Of a DNA stretch of 64,000 nucleotides, positions 19,031 to 28,351 are shown one piece after another. The notes beneath the pieces were generated by a model. It had not been told where the DNA came from. It did no database searches and saw nothing but the letters and a program-made list of their open reading frames with translations. This DNA comes from a virus. Position 1 is the first letter of the stretch. Each line of letters opens with the position of its first letter. The stretch is taken from the IMG/VR virus record IMGVR_UViG_3300043449_000692, positions 32,212 to 96,211 of that record. One strand, written 5' to 3'. Position numbers and translations under genes: made by a program.

Positions 19031-19947
19031 GGTGCGTAAGCCTTTCTGTATTCAAGCAGTGCCAAGTCCTTTGCCTTGGCTTCAATCATCACATCGTACT
19101 CTACTGTATCCGACAGCAGAGGTATCTCCTCCCGAATGTAGTCCGAGTGGGCTTGTGGTCGCGCTCCCGCCTTGGACTCCGAATAGTGAATCTTCGGAAC
19201 TTCACAGAACCCCTGCCATGTACGGAACGCCATGTCTGTTGCCTCAAGCAGCGACTCCCGATGGCAGAAGCGGTGGTGGTGAACATCCAACACCAACTTC
19301 ACAGGGCAGTGCTTTGCCACTTGAGTGTACAGTTCCGTCATGCTCCACATCGTGGGCTTGTCATCGTTCTCAAGGGTGAGCCGCCGCTTGATGCTGTCGG
19401 GCAGTCGGGAGAACTCACGCAGGAAGCGATCAGCCGTCTTGTGCTTGTCGCCGTACACGCCGCCCATGTGGATGTTGATGGCAAACTCGTCACCGTAGCC
19501 CAAGATGTCGGGAATGAGGGAGTGCATAGCCAAAGACTTGATGCTTTTCTCCACCGTGTGGGGATCAGGCGAGGCAATGCAAGTGTACGGACCAGGATGG
19601 CACGACAGGCGCATCCCGTTTGTTTTGGCAAACCAACCCGCTTGAATCAGCGATGCGCGAATGGAGGCTTCGTGTTCAGGCAGCAGATCGGTGATCTCGT
19701 AGCCAAGCGTGGGGTGATCCATGAACGGAAACATCCCGCTGCCGATACGAAAGAACTTGATGCCGTTGGCTACATTCCATTGGAGAATGGGGAGCAGATC
19801 GGCGGCGTTCCGCGCACCGAGTTCTCCCACACGCTCCAACGAAAAGCCGTCCATCCGCAGAGTGCGGTCGGTGAACAGCCGATCCTTTGCCTTGCGCCCT
19901 TCGCACAGGGACAGGTTCTGACAGGCATAGCCAAGGTGACGAATCAT
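19018..19947 (-). CDS. uvsE: UV damage endonuclease (UvsE/UVDE)
   Basis: LGYAC, FFRIGS..FP, RLSCHPG, NIHMGG, LENDD, LDVHHH, HYSES, AHSDY, MIEAKAKDLA. Confidence 0.93.
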   Translation of the reverse strand: MIRHLGYACQNLSLCEGRKAKDRLFTDRTLRMDGFSLERVGELGARNAADLLPILQWNVANGIKFFRIGSGMFPFMDHPTLGYEITDLLPEHEASIRASLIQAGWFAKTNGMRLSCHPGPYTCIASPDPHTVEKSIKSLAMHSLIPDILGYGDEFAINIHMGGVYGDKHKTADRFLREFSRLPDSIKRRLTLENDDKPTMWSMTELYTQVAKHCPVKLVLDVHHHRFCHRESLLEATDMAFRTWQGFCEVPKIHYSESKAGARPQAHSDYIREEIPLLSDTVEYDVMIEAKAKDLALLEYRKAYAPCLV

Positions 19948-19953
19948 GCTGCT

Positions 19954-19981
19954 AGTATACACCACGCAATATTTGTGACAA
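19954..19981 (-). promoter_or_regulatory. sigma70-type early promoter of uvsE (likely leaderless)
   Basis: TTGTCA-16 nt-TATACT, ATG 6 nt downstream, no RBS. Confidence 0.65.
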
Positions 19982-19985
19982 TAGG

Positions 19986-20630
19986 TTACTTTGACTTTTC
20001 AATATTACAGTTGGCGATTTCATTTTTTAAATCGTAATAATACGAATCATCTTCACCTTCAATGACCCAACGATCACTCGCGGCTTCGCATCGGAACACT
20101 TTATCGTCAACTTTAAAGTCTGGGTTTGTGGGAAAGGGGTTGGTGACAAAAGACATATGCTTCCAAAATATTCTATTGTTTGGCTGTAGCGTGTAGCATC
20201 CGTTATCCAACCGTATCATGTGCAGGGACTTGTACTGTGTTGGTTCATCACTGTATGGATTGCCGTACCAATCAAAAGACATCATGTACTCGCCCCATAG
20301 TTCCTGCTTGTCTTTCAGAACTACTTTTGCTCTTGCCGCTTTCAGATACTCGTATACAACTGCTGTACAGTTCACAGAAAAACAGTCCCACAACTGCAAG
20401 TAGTCCAAAGACATTTGCGGTGCGGTTTGCTTGTGGCACAGCATATGAATAGGAACCCTGCTGCGAACAAGCCCGTCATCTGTTAGAACATGGAACAGCA
20501 AAGCCCTGTCTGGATTGGACTGTGCAGCAAACACACTGACCTTCACAAATTCACCAATGTGGCTCTTGTGCTGGTACATATGCTCTTTTCTCATGTAGCA
20601 GTAGAAATGAGGTATGTTTATGTTCAGCAT
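19986..20630 (-). CDS. Conserved phage hypothetical protein
   Basis: LNINIP...RALLFH...RVPI...LQLWDCFS...QPNNRI pattern, recalled from aquatic phage proteins. Confidence 0.7.
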   Translation of the reverse strand: MLNINIPHFYCYMRKEHMYQHKSHIGEFVKVSVFAAQSNPDRALLFHVLTDDGLVRSRVPIHMLCHKQTAPQMSLDYLQLWDCFSVNCTAVVYEYLKAARAKVVLKDKQELWGEYMMSFDWYGNPYSDEPTQYKSLHMIRLDNGCYTLQPNNRIFWKHMSFVTNPFPTNPDFKVDDKVFRCEAASDRWVIEGEDDSYYYDLKNEIANCNIEKSK

Positions 20631-20638
20631 ATGGATGG

Positions 20639-20965
20639 TTACTTGCTCTGTGATTCCTTGTCCTTCAGATACGCGGCAAGCAGCACCATGTAGTTGATAA
20701 CATCCACACAGGTGTCCATGAATGATTCGTCTTTCACATTCATCTTGCCAGCGCGGACAAACGAGGACAGGCGGCTCATCTTGTCCGTGAGGCGCACCAT
20801 GAAGCCCTGCTCGGTTTTACAAATTCCCATTGCCTCAACTCGGGTGAAATTGGCAAAAGGCTCAACTCCTTCATTGCCTGCGTAGTCCCGATTCTTCAGG
20901 CTCATCAGGTCGCGGGCTTCCTTCGTGATCTCTTCGTGAAACTTCAGTAGTTCATCGCGTGTCAT
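20639..20965 (-). CDS. DUF1599 / nucleotide-modification-associated (Nmad1-like) all-alpha protein
   Basis: KNRDYAG...FANF...GFMVRLTDKMSRL...DES..DT..D.INY. Confidence 0.7.
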   Translation of the reverse strand: MTRDELLKFHEEITKEARDLMSLKNRDYAGNEGVEPFANFTRVEAMGICKTEQGFMVRLTDKMSRLSSFVRAGKMNVKDESFMDTCVDVINYMVLLAAYLKDKESQSK

Positions 20966-20966
20966 A

Positions 20967-21539
20967 TTAGGCTCCTTTGTTAGCGTCCCATGAAAACTGT
21001 CCCGTGCTGCCAAATCCGCCTTCGCGCTGCGTCTTCCGCTGCGGTGGGTGATTGATCTTCAAGAGGTCAACAGGCTGATTCCGCACCAGTTCTGCTTGGC
21101 AGATCCGCGATCCATTGGGGATGCTCACCAAGCAGTTGCTAGTAGCGGTCACCATCACCTTGAGTTCATCGGTGTAGTCCGAGTCAATCACTCCCTCCGC
21201 GTTCGCAAGCACCAAGCCTTCCTTCAGCGCGAGTCCGCTACGGGTATGGAGGCGCACAGAGTAGCCTTCGGGGATATCCAAGATGAGTCCCGTGGGAATC
21301 AGGAACCGCCATCCCGCAGGAACATCAAGCACTCCCTGCGTGGGATAGATTTCGGTCTTCACATTCTGCGGACCGTAGGCGATCACTGGCTTGAACGCAT
21401 CCCAGTCTGCTTCCGAATTCTCGCGGTCGTGATGGAAACAGGCGCAGATGTCAAAACACGCAGAGCCGTCTGTTGCGAATGCGGGAAGGGTTGCGCCTGT
21501 GTCGGGAATGCAATAGAAGCCGAGTGTGGGCTTGTCCAT
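20967..21539 (-). CDS. dut: Trimeric dUTPase
   Basis: SACFDI, IPTG, RSGLA, GVIDSDY, RICQ, REGGFGSTG. Confidence 0.93.
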   Translation of the reverse strand: MDKPTLGFYCIPDTGATLPAFATDGSACFDICACFHHDRENSEADWDAFKPVIAYGPQNVKTEIYPTQGVLDVPAGWRFLIPTGLILDIPEGYSVRLHTRSGLALKEGLVLANAEGVIDSDYTDELKVMVTATSNCLVSIPNGSRICQAELVRNQPVDLLKINHPPQRKTQREGGFGSTGQFSWDANKGA

Positions 21540-21561
21540 GATGAAGTCTCCTTTACGGAGG

Positions 21562-21589
21562 AGTATAGCGTATCGCTCAAAAGTGTCAA
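21562..21589 (-). promoter_or_regulatory. sigma70-type early promoter of dut
   Basis: TTGACA-16 nt-TATACT, then AAGGAG RBS. Confidence 0.8.
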
Positions 21590-21599
21590 GCAGTAAACA

Positions 21600-22154
21600 T
21601 CAAATGTCGAGATATTCTTTGGTGATGATCCAGTATTGCGGGTATGGATCTGCTGCGCTTAATGCACCATCCACCTCTGTAATTTCAACAGTCATTTCAT
21701 AATCACTTTCACGATCAATTATAACACCCGTCCACCTGACAGCCGCTTGATTGATACTCTCCAAACCGTAAACGGTTGTTCCGATGTTGTAGTATGTGTC
21801 GATCAGAGACTCTTCTATAACGAAGGTTGTGTCCAATCCTACTTGTATAGAGTCTTCCGATCCAACAGGCTGGTCTGCAACATTAGTCCATACTTGAGTA
21901 TTGGAGTGAACTTGCGGAAATCTGTCTATGGGCGGAAAGTACACGGAAGCCTTGCACACCGTTGTTTGCTTTTGTTTTTGAATCACTACTCCTGAACGGC
22001 GGTCGTGTTTCAGCACATAGGTTACAGGATTTTTTCTGATCTGCACTCCGTCAGGCTTTGGTTTCACCGAGTAGGTCAACGAATCAACTACAATCTTGCC
22101 CTCGCTTTGCTTGGGCTTGAGTGAATACTCAACAGACTTTATCTTCAGTTTCAT
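21600..22154 (-). CDS. Hypothetical protein, possibly structural
   Basis: 184 aa, ATGA-coupled, short internal V(E/T)Y(S/V)(L/V)K repeats. Confidence 0.6.
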   Translation of the reverse strand: MKLKIKSVEYSLKPKQSEGKIVVDSLTYSVKPKPDGVQIRKNPVTYVLKHDRRSGVVIQKQKQTTVCKASVYFPPIDRFPQVHSNTQVWTNVADQPVGSEDSIQVGLDTTFVIEESLIDTYYNIGTTVYGLESINQAAVRWTGVIIDRESDYEMTVEITEVDGALSAADPYPQYWIITKEYLDI

Positions 22155-22573
22155 CGGGTGTTCTTTGGAGCCACCACGAACTGTCCATGCATGAGTTCTT
22201 CCGTGGTTACACCTCGGGTGATATCAAGCGAATATTTCCACGATCCTGCACGAACATAGCCCATCGTGGTGGCATCGGCGGTGATGAGAATCCCACCAGT
22301 GAAAACTGCACCTGTCTCTCCCTTGTTCAGGAAGATTCCGCCGCTTCCGCTGATGCCAGCAGTTGAGCCAAACTCGCCTGTGGAGCCTCCGCTAGTGACT
22401 CCTGAAGTGGTGATCATCAAGTACAGTTTGCTTGAATCATTGTTTGGACGAACATGGAAACGCGCAGTGTAACCATTAAGGTCAAAAGCGTTCCCGTTCT
22501 CGTCATAGTACTCTGCATGGAAGTTCAGAGTGGAGTACTGCTGTGCGTTGATGTCGTAGTATGCTGATGCCAT
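22151..22573 (-). CDS. BppU-like/Ig-like putative virion accessory protein
   Basis: YDI..QQYSTL...DLNGYTARFHVR...KYSLDI...GQFVV pattern. Confidence 0.6.
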   Translation of the reverse strand: MASAYYDINAQQYSTLNFHAEYYDENGNAFDLNGYTARFHVRPNNDSSKLYLMITTSGVTSGGSTGEFGSTAGISGSGGIFLNKGETGAVFTGGILITADATTMGYVRAGSWKYSLDITRGVTTEELMHGQFVVAPKNTR

Positions 22574-22704
22574 TACTGTGCCTTTGCTGCTGCATTACGG
22601 GCGCGATTTGCGCTCTTGACCAGTGCGGCTTCTTTTCTTGCGCGGCGAGTTTTTGCACTTGCAAATCCGCCTTTGCCTTTTCCTGATTTGCTGCTTCGTG
22701 CCAT
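22573..22704 (-). CDS. 43-aa highly basic peptide (not in the ORF track)
   Basis: MARSSKSGKGKGGFASAKTRRARKEAALVKSANRARNAAAKAQ; exact TAATG overlaps at both ends. Confidence 0.75.
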   Translation of the reverse strand: MARSSKSGKGKGGFASAKTRRARKEAALVKSANRARNAAAKAQ

Positions 22705-23936
22705 TACTTCCTCCGCTTCTTGAAACTGTGCTGCTTTGGAGTATTTAGCAAAGACGGAGCGGCTGTTACCTGTACAGGCTTCTGCATTTGCATCTGTGCA
22801 GCCATCTGCTGTTGGGCGGCTTCCATCTGCTGTACTTTTTCAATATACGCCCTGTGGTTGTTCTGATTGCGCTCCACCTCGCTCTGTGGGAGGCGATTCT
22901 GCTTCAGGAGTATTTCACAAGCAGCCAATCCAGACTTATAGTCATGCACATAGAACGCTGTGGCAGCGAGTTCATCCAGTGCCATCCACTTGTACACATT
23001 CGTGTCGATGAACAGGATGTCATGCTGTGGGTACGGGATCTGGGCGGCTTCCTTCGCAAAAAGGTAAGCCGCCCGTGGTCGCCCGTTCATCCGAAGAAAA
23101 CGCGCTATGGCATGGAGAGGTTCGGCACGGCAGGGTCGGTAGTCGTAGGCATCCAAGAACTTCTGCTGAACCACTGGCCAGGCAGACTCCTTGGAGATTT
23201 CGCAGAGCGCGATGCGGAACAGAGAGTAGTAGCACTCCTCTTCCCATCCGCCCATCTCAACCCGCTTGTAGTACGCTGCAATAGCCTTGTCCCACTGCTG
23301 CGAGTCAAAGTATGACTGCGCGAGATAGAACTGATAGCGGGTGTTGTTCGGCTCCTTCTTCAGTTCTTCCTCAAGCAGGATTGCGTCCTTGGAGTATTTC
23401 TCAACTGGAGTAACACCACCGTTTCGCTCCTGACCAAGGGTACGAGCCTCAAGATAGTACTCGCCTTCAATCTTCTCTTGGTGCAGAGGCTGCTTGTCGC
23501 AGTGAGCGTATTCATGGAGAACACCCACATACTTCCAGCCGATGCCTGTCTTGAAGATTTGGTTGCGCCACCACACACAGCCTTCTCGCCCGCACTTGAT
23601 GGCATAGGCATCCGCAGTCAGATTCCTGTTGTGTGGGTACTTGAAGTCGCCAACCACCTTGTCGTCTGCGTCAATCATCCAAGCGTAGTCTGCCTTGCCT
23701 GCACACAGATCAAGTGCTTCGCTGCGGTTGTGTCCGAATCCAACCCACGGACGCTCATGCAGTTCACCAGGAATGCCCTTCTCGGCAAAGTACTGCTTGA
23801 TGTACTCCTGTGTTCCGTCTGTAGAGCCTGTGTCCACGATAACCCAGTAGTCGATGTTCTTCCAAATAGAATCAAAGCACTCATGCAGAATCTTGGTTTC
23901 GTTCTTGACGATCATTGAGAGACATACTGTAGCCAT
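22704..23936 (-). CDS. GT2 glycosyltransferase with C-terminal TPR-like repeats
   Basis: CLSMIVKNE, IVDTGSTDGT, DADD, YVGVLHE, RYQFYLAQSYFD, RAEPL; AGGAG RBS. Confidence 0.9.
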   Translation of the reverse strand: MATVCLSMIVKNETKILHECFDSIWKNIDYWVIVDTGSTDGTQEYIKQYFAEKGIPGELHERPWVGFGHNRSEALDLCAGKADYAWMIDADDKVVGDFKYPHNRNLTADAYAIKCGREGCVWWRNQIFKTGIGWKYVGVLHEYAHCDKQPLHQEKIEGEYYLEARTLGQERNGGVTPVEKYSKDAILLEEELKKEPNNTRYQFYLAQSYFDSQQWDKAIAAYYKRVEMGGWEEECYYSLFRIALCEISKESAWPVVQQKFLDAYDYRPCRAEPLHAIARFLRMNGRPRAAYLFAKEAAQIPYPQHDILFIDTNVYKWMALDELAATAFYVHDYKSGLAACEILLKQNRLPQSEVERNQNNHRAYIEKVQQMEAAQQQMAAQMQMQKPVQVTAAPSLLNTPKQHSFKKRRK

Positions 23937-23958
23937 GTTCACGGTTCTCCTTGTACGG

Positions 23959-24900
23959 TTATTTATGCGCTGCGATCCAGTCTTCAAGACGAACTTTGGG
24001 AGTCCATCCAAGATGTTCGCGCGCTTTGCTGGCATTTGCTAGAGTGATACGAGCCTCGCCTTGGCGAGGAGGAATGTTTACTGCTTCCCCACCCATCATG
24101 GATACTATTTCATTCACGGAGTGATTGCGTCCAGTTCCTATGTTGTAAATCTGACCCCACTCCCAATTTGTATAAACTTGGCAACTTCCAACATCACGAA
24201 TATTGTATTCTGGAGAGGTGAACGCTGATGCCTTGATATTGGCTTCCACCACATCACTAACATGAGTGAAATCTCTCCGCTGATTGCCGTCACCCACGAT
24301 GGTCATGGGTTCTCCTGCGGCTCGTTGACGCAGGAATATACCGATCACTGGAGCGTACTGACCACGGAGCGGCTGACGCTCACCGTACACATTGAAATAA
24401 CGGAATATGATGGTCTGTAGTCCGTACAGTTTAGAGTACATCTTGCACAACTCTTCGCCTCCCACCTTGCTGACTGAATACGGATTCAGACAGTCGTTGG
24501 GCATGGTTTCAACAAGCGGAGGTGTGTTCTTCAGCCCGTATGCCGATGATGTGGACGAGTAGATTACTCGCTTGACACCGCAGACCCGAGCGCACTGCAA
24601 CACGCTAGCCGTGCCAAGCATATTGGCTTCCACCGCCTTGAGTGGATCAACAATACACGGTTGAATTCGCGCTTCAGCAGCAAGGTGAAAAACCGTGTCC
24701 ACACCCTCGTACAGTCTACGAACCATAGTGTAGTCATTGATGTCGTACTTGTAGTTCTTGGCAGCAGGATTCCAATAGAACTGATCATGTGCATCCGATG
24801 ATTCGTTGTCAATCACCGTGACATCGTGACCGTCTGCAACCAACCGATCTACAAGATTTGATCCAATGAATCCTGCTCCACCAGTTACTAGTGCTTTCAT
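23959..24900 (-). CDS. NAD-dependent NDP-sugar epimerase/dehydratase (GalE-like extended SDR)
   Basis: TGGAGFIGS, SSTSSAYG, YSVSK, RYFNVYG, RDFTHVSDVV. Confidence 0.92.
   Translation of the reverse strand: MKALVTGGAGFIGSNLVDRLVADGHDVTVIDNESSDAHDQFYWNPAAKNYKYDINDYTMVRRLYEGVDTVFHLAAEARIQPCIVDPLKAVEANMLGTASVLQCARVCGVKRVIYSSTSSAYGLKNTPPLVETMPNDCLNPYSVSKVGGEELCKMYSKLYGLQTIIFRYFNVYGERQPLRGQYAPVIGIFLRQRAAGEPMTIVGDGNQRRDFTHVSDVVEANIKASAFTSPEYNIRDVGSCQVYTNWEWGQIYNIGTGRNHSVNEIVSMMGGEAVNIPPRQGEARITLANASKAREHLGWTPKVRLEDWIAAHK
23960..23966 (-). promoter_or_regulatory. Putative late promoter ATAAATA upstream of the GT2-TPR gene
   Basis: Overlaps the epimerase stop, ahead of the RBS. Confidence 0.55.
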
Positions 24901-25499
24901 TTCCATTCACTCCAATTGATATTGAGTTCTTTGAGCGACCGTCTAATGTATCTTTCTGTTTCAGCATGACCAGGAACAAATTTTGAATGAAATTCAACGA
25001 TCAATCGGTCTATAAATCGTATAGTTCCTGTGTTGATCATTTTACAAAGAATAGCGTATTCTGCACCCTCAACATCCAACTTCATAATGATTTTTGGAGG
25101 ATGAGCCTTTCCATTCACATAGGTTTCATACAAATCTCTGATGAAATCTGATGTATCTATCGTAGTTCGCTCAATCAACTCTCCATGAATGGGAATAGAA
25201 AACTCGTTACTAGGAATTAGAGTGGATGTAGTTCCGTCTTTTTCTCCATATGCATCAGTCTGCATTCTAAAAGTTACTGATTGAACGCGATCATATAGAG
25301 GAGAATCGGAAAGCGTGATGTCGTAATCACCCCATCGTTTATGTTCTATGCTGTGTTTAAGTTTTGAAAAAGCCACAAAATTTGGTTCGAACATGAAAAC
25401 TTTACAAGGCAAGGTAATGAGTCCATTACTACGGATCTCATCAAATCCTTCTCCCCAATGAGATCCCCCATCAATAAAAATGGTAGAGTACTCATCCAT
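24897..25499 (-). CDS. FkbM-family SAM-dependent methyltransferase
   Basis: FIDGGSHWG, FEPN, MKLDVEGAEY, VEFH. Confidence 0.85.
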   Translation of the reverse strand: MDEYSTIFIDGGSHWGEGFDEIRSNGLITLPCKVFMFEPNFVAFSKLKHSIEHKRWGDYDITLSDSPLYDRVQSVTFRMQTDAYGEKDGTTSTLIPSNEFSIPIHGELIERTTIDTSDFIRDLYETYVNGKAHPPKIIMKLDVEGAEYAILCKMINTGTIRFIDRLIVEFHSKFVPGHAETERYIRRSLKELNINWSEWK

Positions 25500-26454
25500 A
25501 GTGCTTTGGATTGTTTAGGATAAACTCCATGTTTTCAACATACCACTGATAGGTCATCTTGATACCATCATATAGATTGATCTTGGGAAACCATCCCATC
25601 TTCTTTATTTTGTTGATGTTCAATGGACGCTTCATGGTTCCATTTGGTTTTGTCGTATCCCAAATGATTTCTCCCTGAAATCCGACTATCTCCTTCACCA
25701 TCTCTGCTACCTCTTTGATTGTGTATTCCACTCCACTGCTGATATTGATGATCTCGTGATGATCGTATTTCTGCATGACTTCAAAACAGGCTGAAGACAA
25801 GTCATCAATATACAGAAACTCTCTCTCTGGGCTGCCATCACCCCAACACTGAATCTTGTCCTTACCTTCAAGTTTGGCAGAGTAGAACTTCTGTATCAAA
25901 CCAGATATGACATGACTGTTTTGTGGATGGAAGTTGTCGCCAGGACCGTACAGATTAGACGGCATTACAGACACGGCATTGAATCCATACTGCTTGCGAT
26001 AGAATTCACACATCTTTATGCCGCATATCTTTGCGATTGCATACGCTTCATTGGTTGTCTCTAGAGGACCAGTCATAAGATGGTTCTCTCGGATGGGCAA
26101 TTGCGATTCCTTTGGATAAATGCAAACAGATCCCAAAAATAGGAACTTTTTCACACCTGTTTCATAGGAACTTTGAATCAGATTGCTCTGTATCATTATG
26201 TTGTCGTATATGAACTCAGCGGGGTATGTGCTATTGGCAAGTATGCCACCAACCTTTGCAGCAGCATCAAATACAAACTCGGGCTTTTCTTGGAGGAAAA
26301 ACTCTCGCACAGCCTGCTGATTGCGAAGATCCAATTCTTTCCTAGAACGAACAACCAAATTCGTAAATCCTTTGCTCTCCAAACAGCGAAGGATCGAAGA
26401 GCCAGCAAGACCGCGATGACCCGCTACAAAAATCTTGGAGTTAGTTTCCATCAT
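25492..26454 (-). CDS. fcl: GDP-L-fucose synthase (epimerase/reductase)
   Basis: AGHRGLAGS, AAKVGGILAN, LGSVCIYPK, NEAYAIAK, PSNLYGPGDNF, SHVI, WGDGSPEREFLY. Confidence 0.95.
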   Translation of the reverse strand: MMETNSKIFVAGHRGLAGSSILRCLESKGFTNLVVRSRKELDLRNQQAVREFFLQEKPEFVFDAAAKVGGILANSTYPAEFIYDNIMIQSNLIQSSYETGVKKFLFLGSVCIYPKESQLPIRENHLMTGPLETTNEAYAIAKICGIKMCEFYRKQYGFNAVSVMPSNLYGPGDNFHPQNSHVISGLIQKFYSAKLEGKDKIQCWGDGSPEREFLYIDDLSSACFEVMQKYDHHEIINISSGVEYTIKEVAEMVKEIVGFQGEIIWDTTKPNGTMKRPLNINKIKKMGWFPKINLYDGIKMTYQWYVENMEFILNNPKHYG

Positions 26455-26456
26455 TA

Positions 26457-26807
26457 TCAGTTACCTTTGTAAATCTTTACGGAATCTTCAGTCAAAGACC
26501 TACCATTCAATATCGCGGCATCCACCATGCGATTGATAGCCTGAATATACTGTGGTCGCTTTTGCTTGAAGCAGGTGTCGATTTTTCTCTTCAGAGAGGC
26601 AACTTCTTCATCTGTTTTTGCAACACCGATCATGTCTTCCAAAAACCATGTTCTGATGTGTAGTATACACAGTTTTTCAATAACTTCTCCCAAATTATCT
26701 GTTGCAACTAGATCGTTTGGTAGATCAGGAATCCCATCAGCGTTCAGTGTTTCTCTAATCTTTTCATTCATAGCGGCTTCAATCACACTAGCAATATCAA
26801 TACTCAT
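26457..26807 (-). CDS. DUF4254-like helical protein
   Basis: GEVIEKLCILHIRTWFLED...KRKID...R motif. Confidence 0.55.
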   Translation of the reverse strand: MSIDIASVIEAAMNEKIRETLNADGIPDLPNDLVATDNLGEVIEKLCILHIRTWFLEDMIGVAKTDEEVASLKRKIDTCFKQKRPQYIQAINRMVDAAILNGRSLTEDSVKIYKGN

Positions 26808-26825
26808 AACAATCCTTTCGTTAGA

Positions 26826-27584
26826 TTAAATCAAAACAGTCCAGTCTTTACTGGTTGCATTCTTACCATGCCCACAAAACGAAAACATATTTTCGGCTTG
26901 ACGCACATACCAATGGATAAACAGACGAACTCTGTCTGTATTTAGTGTCTCTATGTAAGCCCTGAATGAACTTTCCATCAAATGTACCTGTGTTGCTCGC
27001 TCTAGTATGAGTCCAAAGTTCAAAATAGATTCCGAAACATCGTTCTCTATTACCTTTAGGTTTTCAGAGTTGTACTTGGATACCCTGGAATAATCAATCA
27101 GTCTTCCTCTAGATGAATCACCATGTACGAATATGTACGGTACATTGTCAGGATTCAATTTTTTGTAGACACGCTCTTCTTCTTCATAGTCTCTTTCATA
27201 CTTAAATTGGGTATATCTGACAGAAAAATCATATCCGAGAGCAGCGTAAAATCGTTGGTGACAATCAAACTGTGGAAACGCCTGCTGCAATTTCCAGTAG
27301 TTTTCGTGACCAACAATAAGGGTGTGACTTGGTGCTAATGTTGATACAAGTCTATCGACCTCTTTTCGCTCACCCTCTCCATCAAACTCTCCTGCGGTAG
27401 AAACAGAAACACATTGTATCTTTGGTTCGTCACGATACATTGTCGATACAGTTTGAAGATGCTGCTTCTTGACAACAAGATACAGTTTTTCAAAATCGTT
27501 GTCGAACAATATCTTTCGAACCAATCCGTTACAGGATATACAGTCTCCAAGACCAAGATGATGATACAGCAGAAGGGTTTTCAT
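26826..27584 (-). CDS. Putative GT-B glycosyltransferase (fucosyltransferase/GT9-like)
   Basis: HHLGLGD at the N-terminus, YIFVH, HLMESSF; two genes upstream of fcl. Confidence 0.6.
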   Translation of the reverse strand: MKTLLLYHHLGLGDCISCNGLVRKILFDNDFEKLYLVVKKQHLQTVSTMYRDEPKIQCVSVSTAGEFDGEGERKEVDRLVSTLAPSHTLIVGHENYWKLQQAFPQFDCHQRFYAALGYDFSVRYTQFKYERDYEEEERVYKKLNPDNVPYIFVHGDSSRGRLIDYSRVSKYNSENLKVIENDVSESILNFGLILERATQVHLMESSFRAYIETLNTDRVRLFIHWYVRQAENMFSFCGHGKNATSKDWTVLI

Positions 27585-27586
27585 TA

Positions 27587-28351
27587 TCAGTTCCTATTGT
27601 TGTGGAGATCAACAAAAAACCAATCATCAGCAGAACCGTGTTGTCTCCTCCAATTATTCCCCCATTGAGTAAAATCATCAACACAAGTAACGGAATGGAG
27701 TTTGCACATCACACTCCATATGGATTGATCATGTCTATTTTCGCAAAATCCTTCTACTTCTTTTTGATGCGTACTGGGACTATCATCCACCAAATTTTTC
27801 ATGCAGGCGTACTGCAAGCAGTCTTTTATGAATTTTTTAGCAAACGCAGTTCCTCGCATCAATTTGAATCCAGATTGTATTTGCTGTGTGTTCTTTATTT
27901 TGTTTCTCTTCTCTTCTTCGAGCGAATCAACGCCAAGAACTCTGAACACATCGGATTTTGTCCACTTCCATTCAACATGGTAGTCTGGTCTATCTGGAGT
28001 CAAAAAACAAATCACACCCTTTGGATCATTCATAACCAAATCAAAAAGAGGTTGTGCAGGCTTGATGAAATTGGCATCACAGTCACAATACATCAATATG
28101 TCGGTTTCCTTCAGACCAGACAGTATCTTGTCTTGGAAATAATATTTCCACAACCCGTATCCAGCCAGTCTCTTGCAGTCTAGTATGTGTTTATTAGATT
28201 CGTAAAAGTTAGGATCAATATTCTCTCTCTTCATCTGATAAACGATGTTGAACCCCGCAAGCAAAGCGCACTGAGAGTTCTTTGATTGGGATTGATAGAA
28301 CCCTCCATCTGCGTAATTCACCAGTATTTTTTTGTTTGATATGTTAGGCAT
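27587..28351 (-). CDS. Putative GT-A glycosyltransferase ('RHDQS' family), paralog 1
   Basis: GYGLWKYY, YCDCD, WTKSD, NRHDQSIWS. Confidence 0.7.
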   Translation of the reverse strand: MPNISNKKILVNYADGGFYQSQSKNSQCALLAGFNIVYQMKRENIDPNFYESNKHILDCKRLAGYGLWKYYFQDKILSGLKETDILMYCDCDANFIKPAQPLFDLVMNDPKGVICFLTPDRPDYHVEWKWTKSDVFRVLGVDSLEEEKRNKIKNTQQIQSGFKLMRGTAFAKKFIKDCLQYACMKNLVDDSPSTHQKEVEGFCENRHDQSIWSVMCKLHSVTCVDDFTQWGNNWRRQHGSADDWFFVDLHNNRN

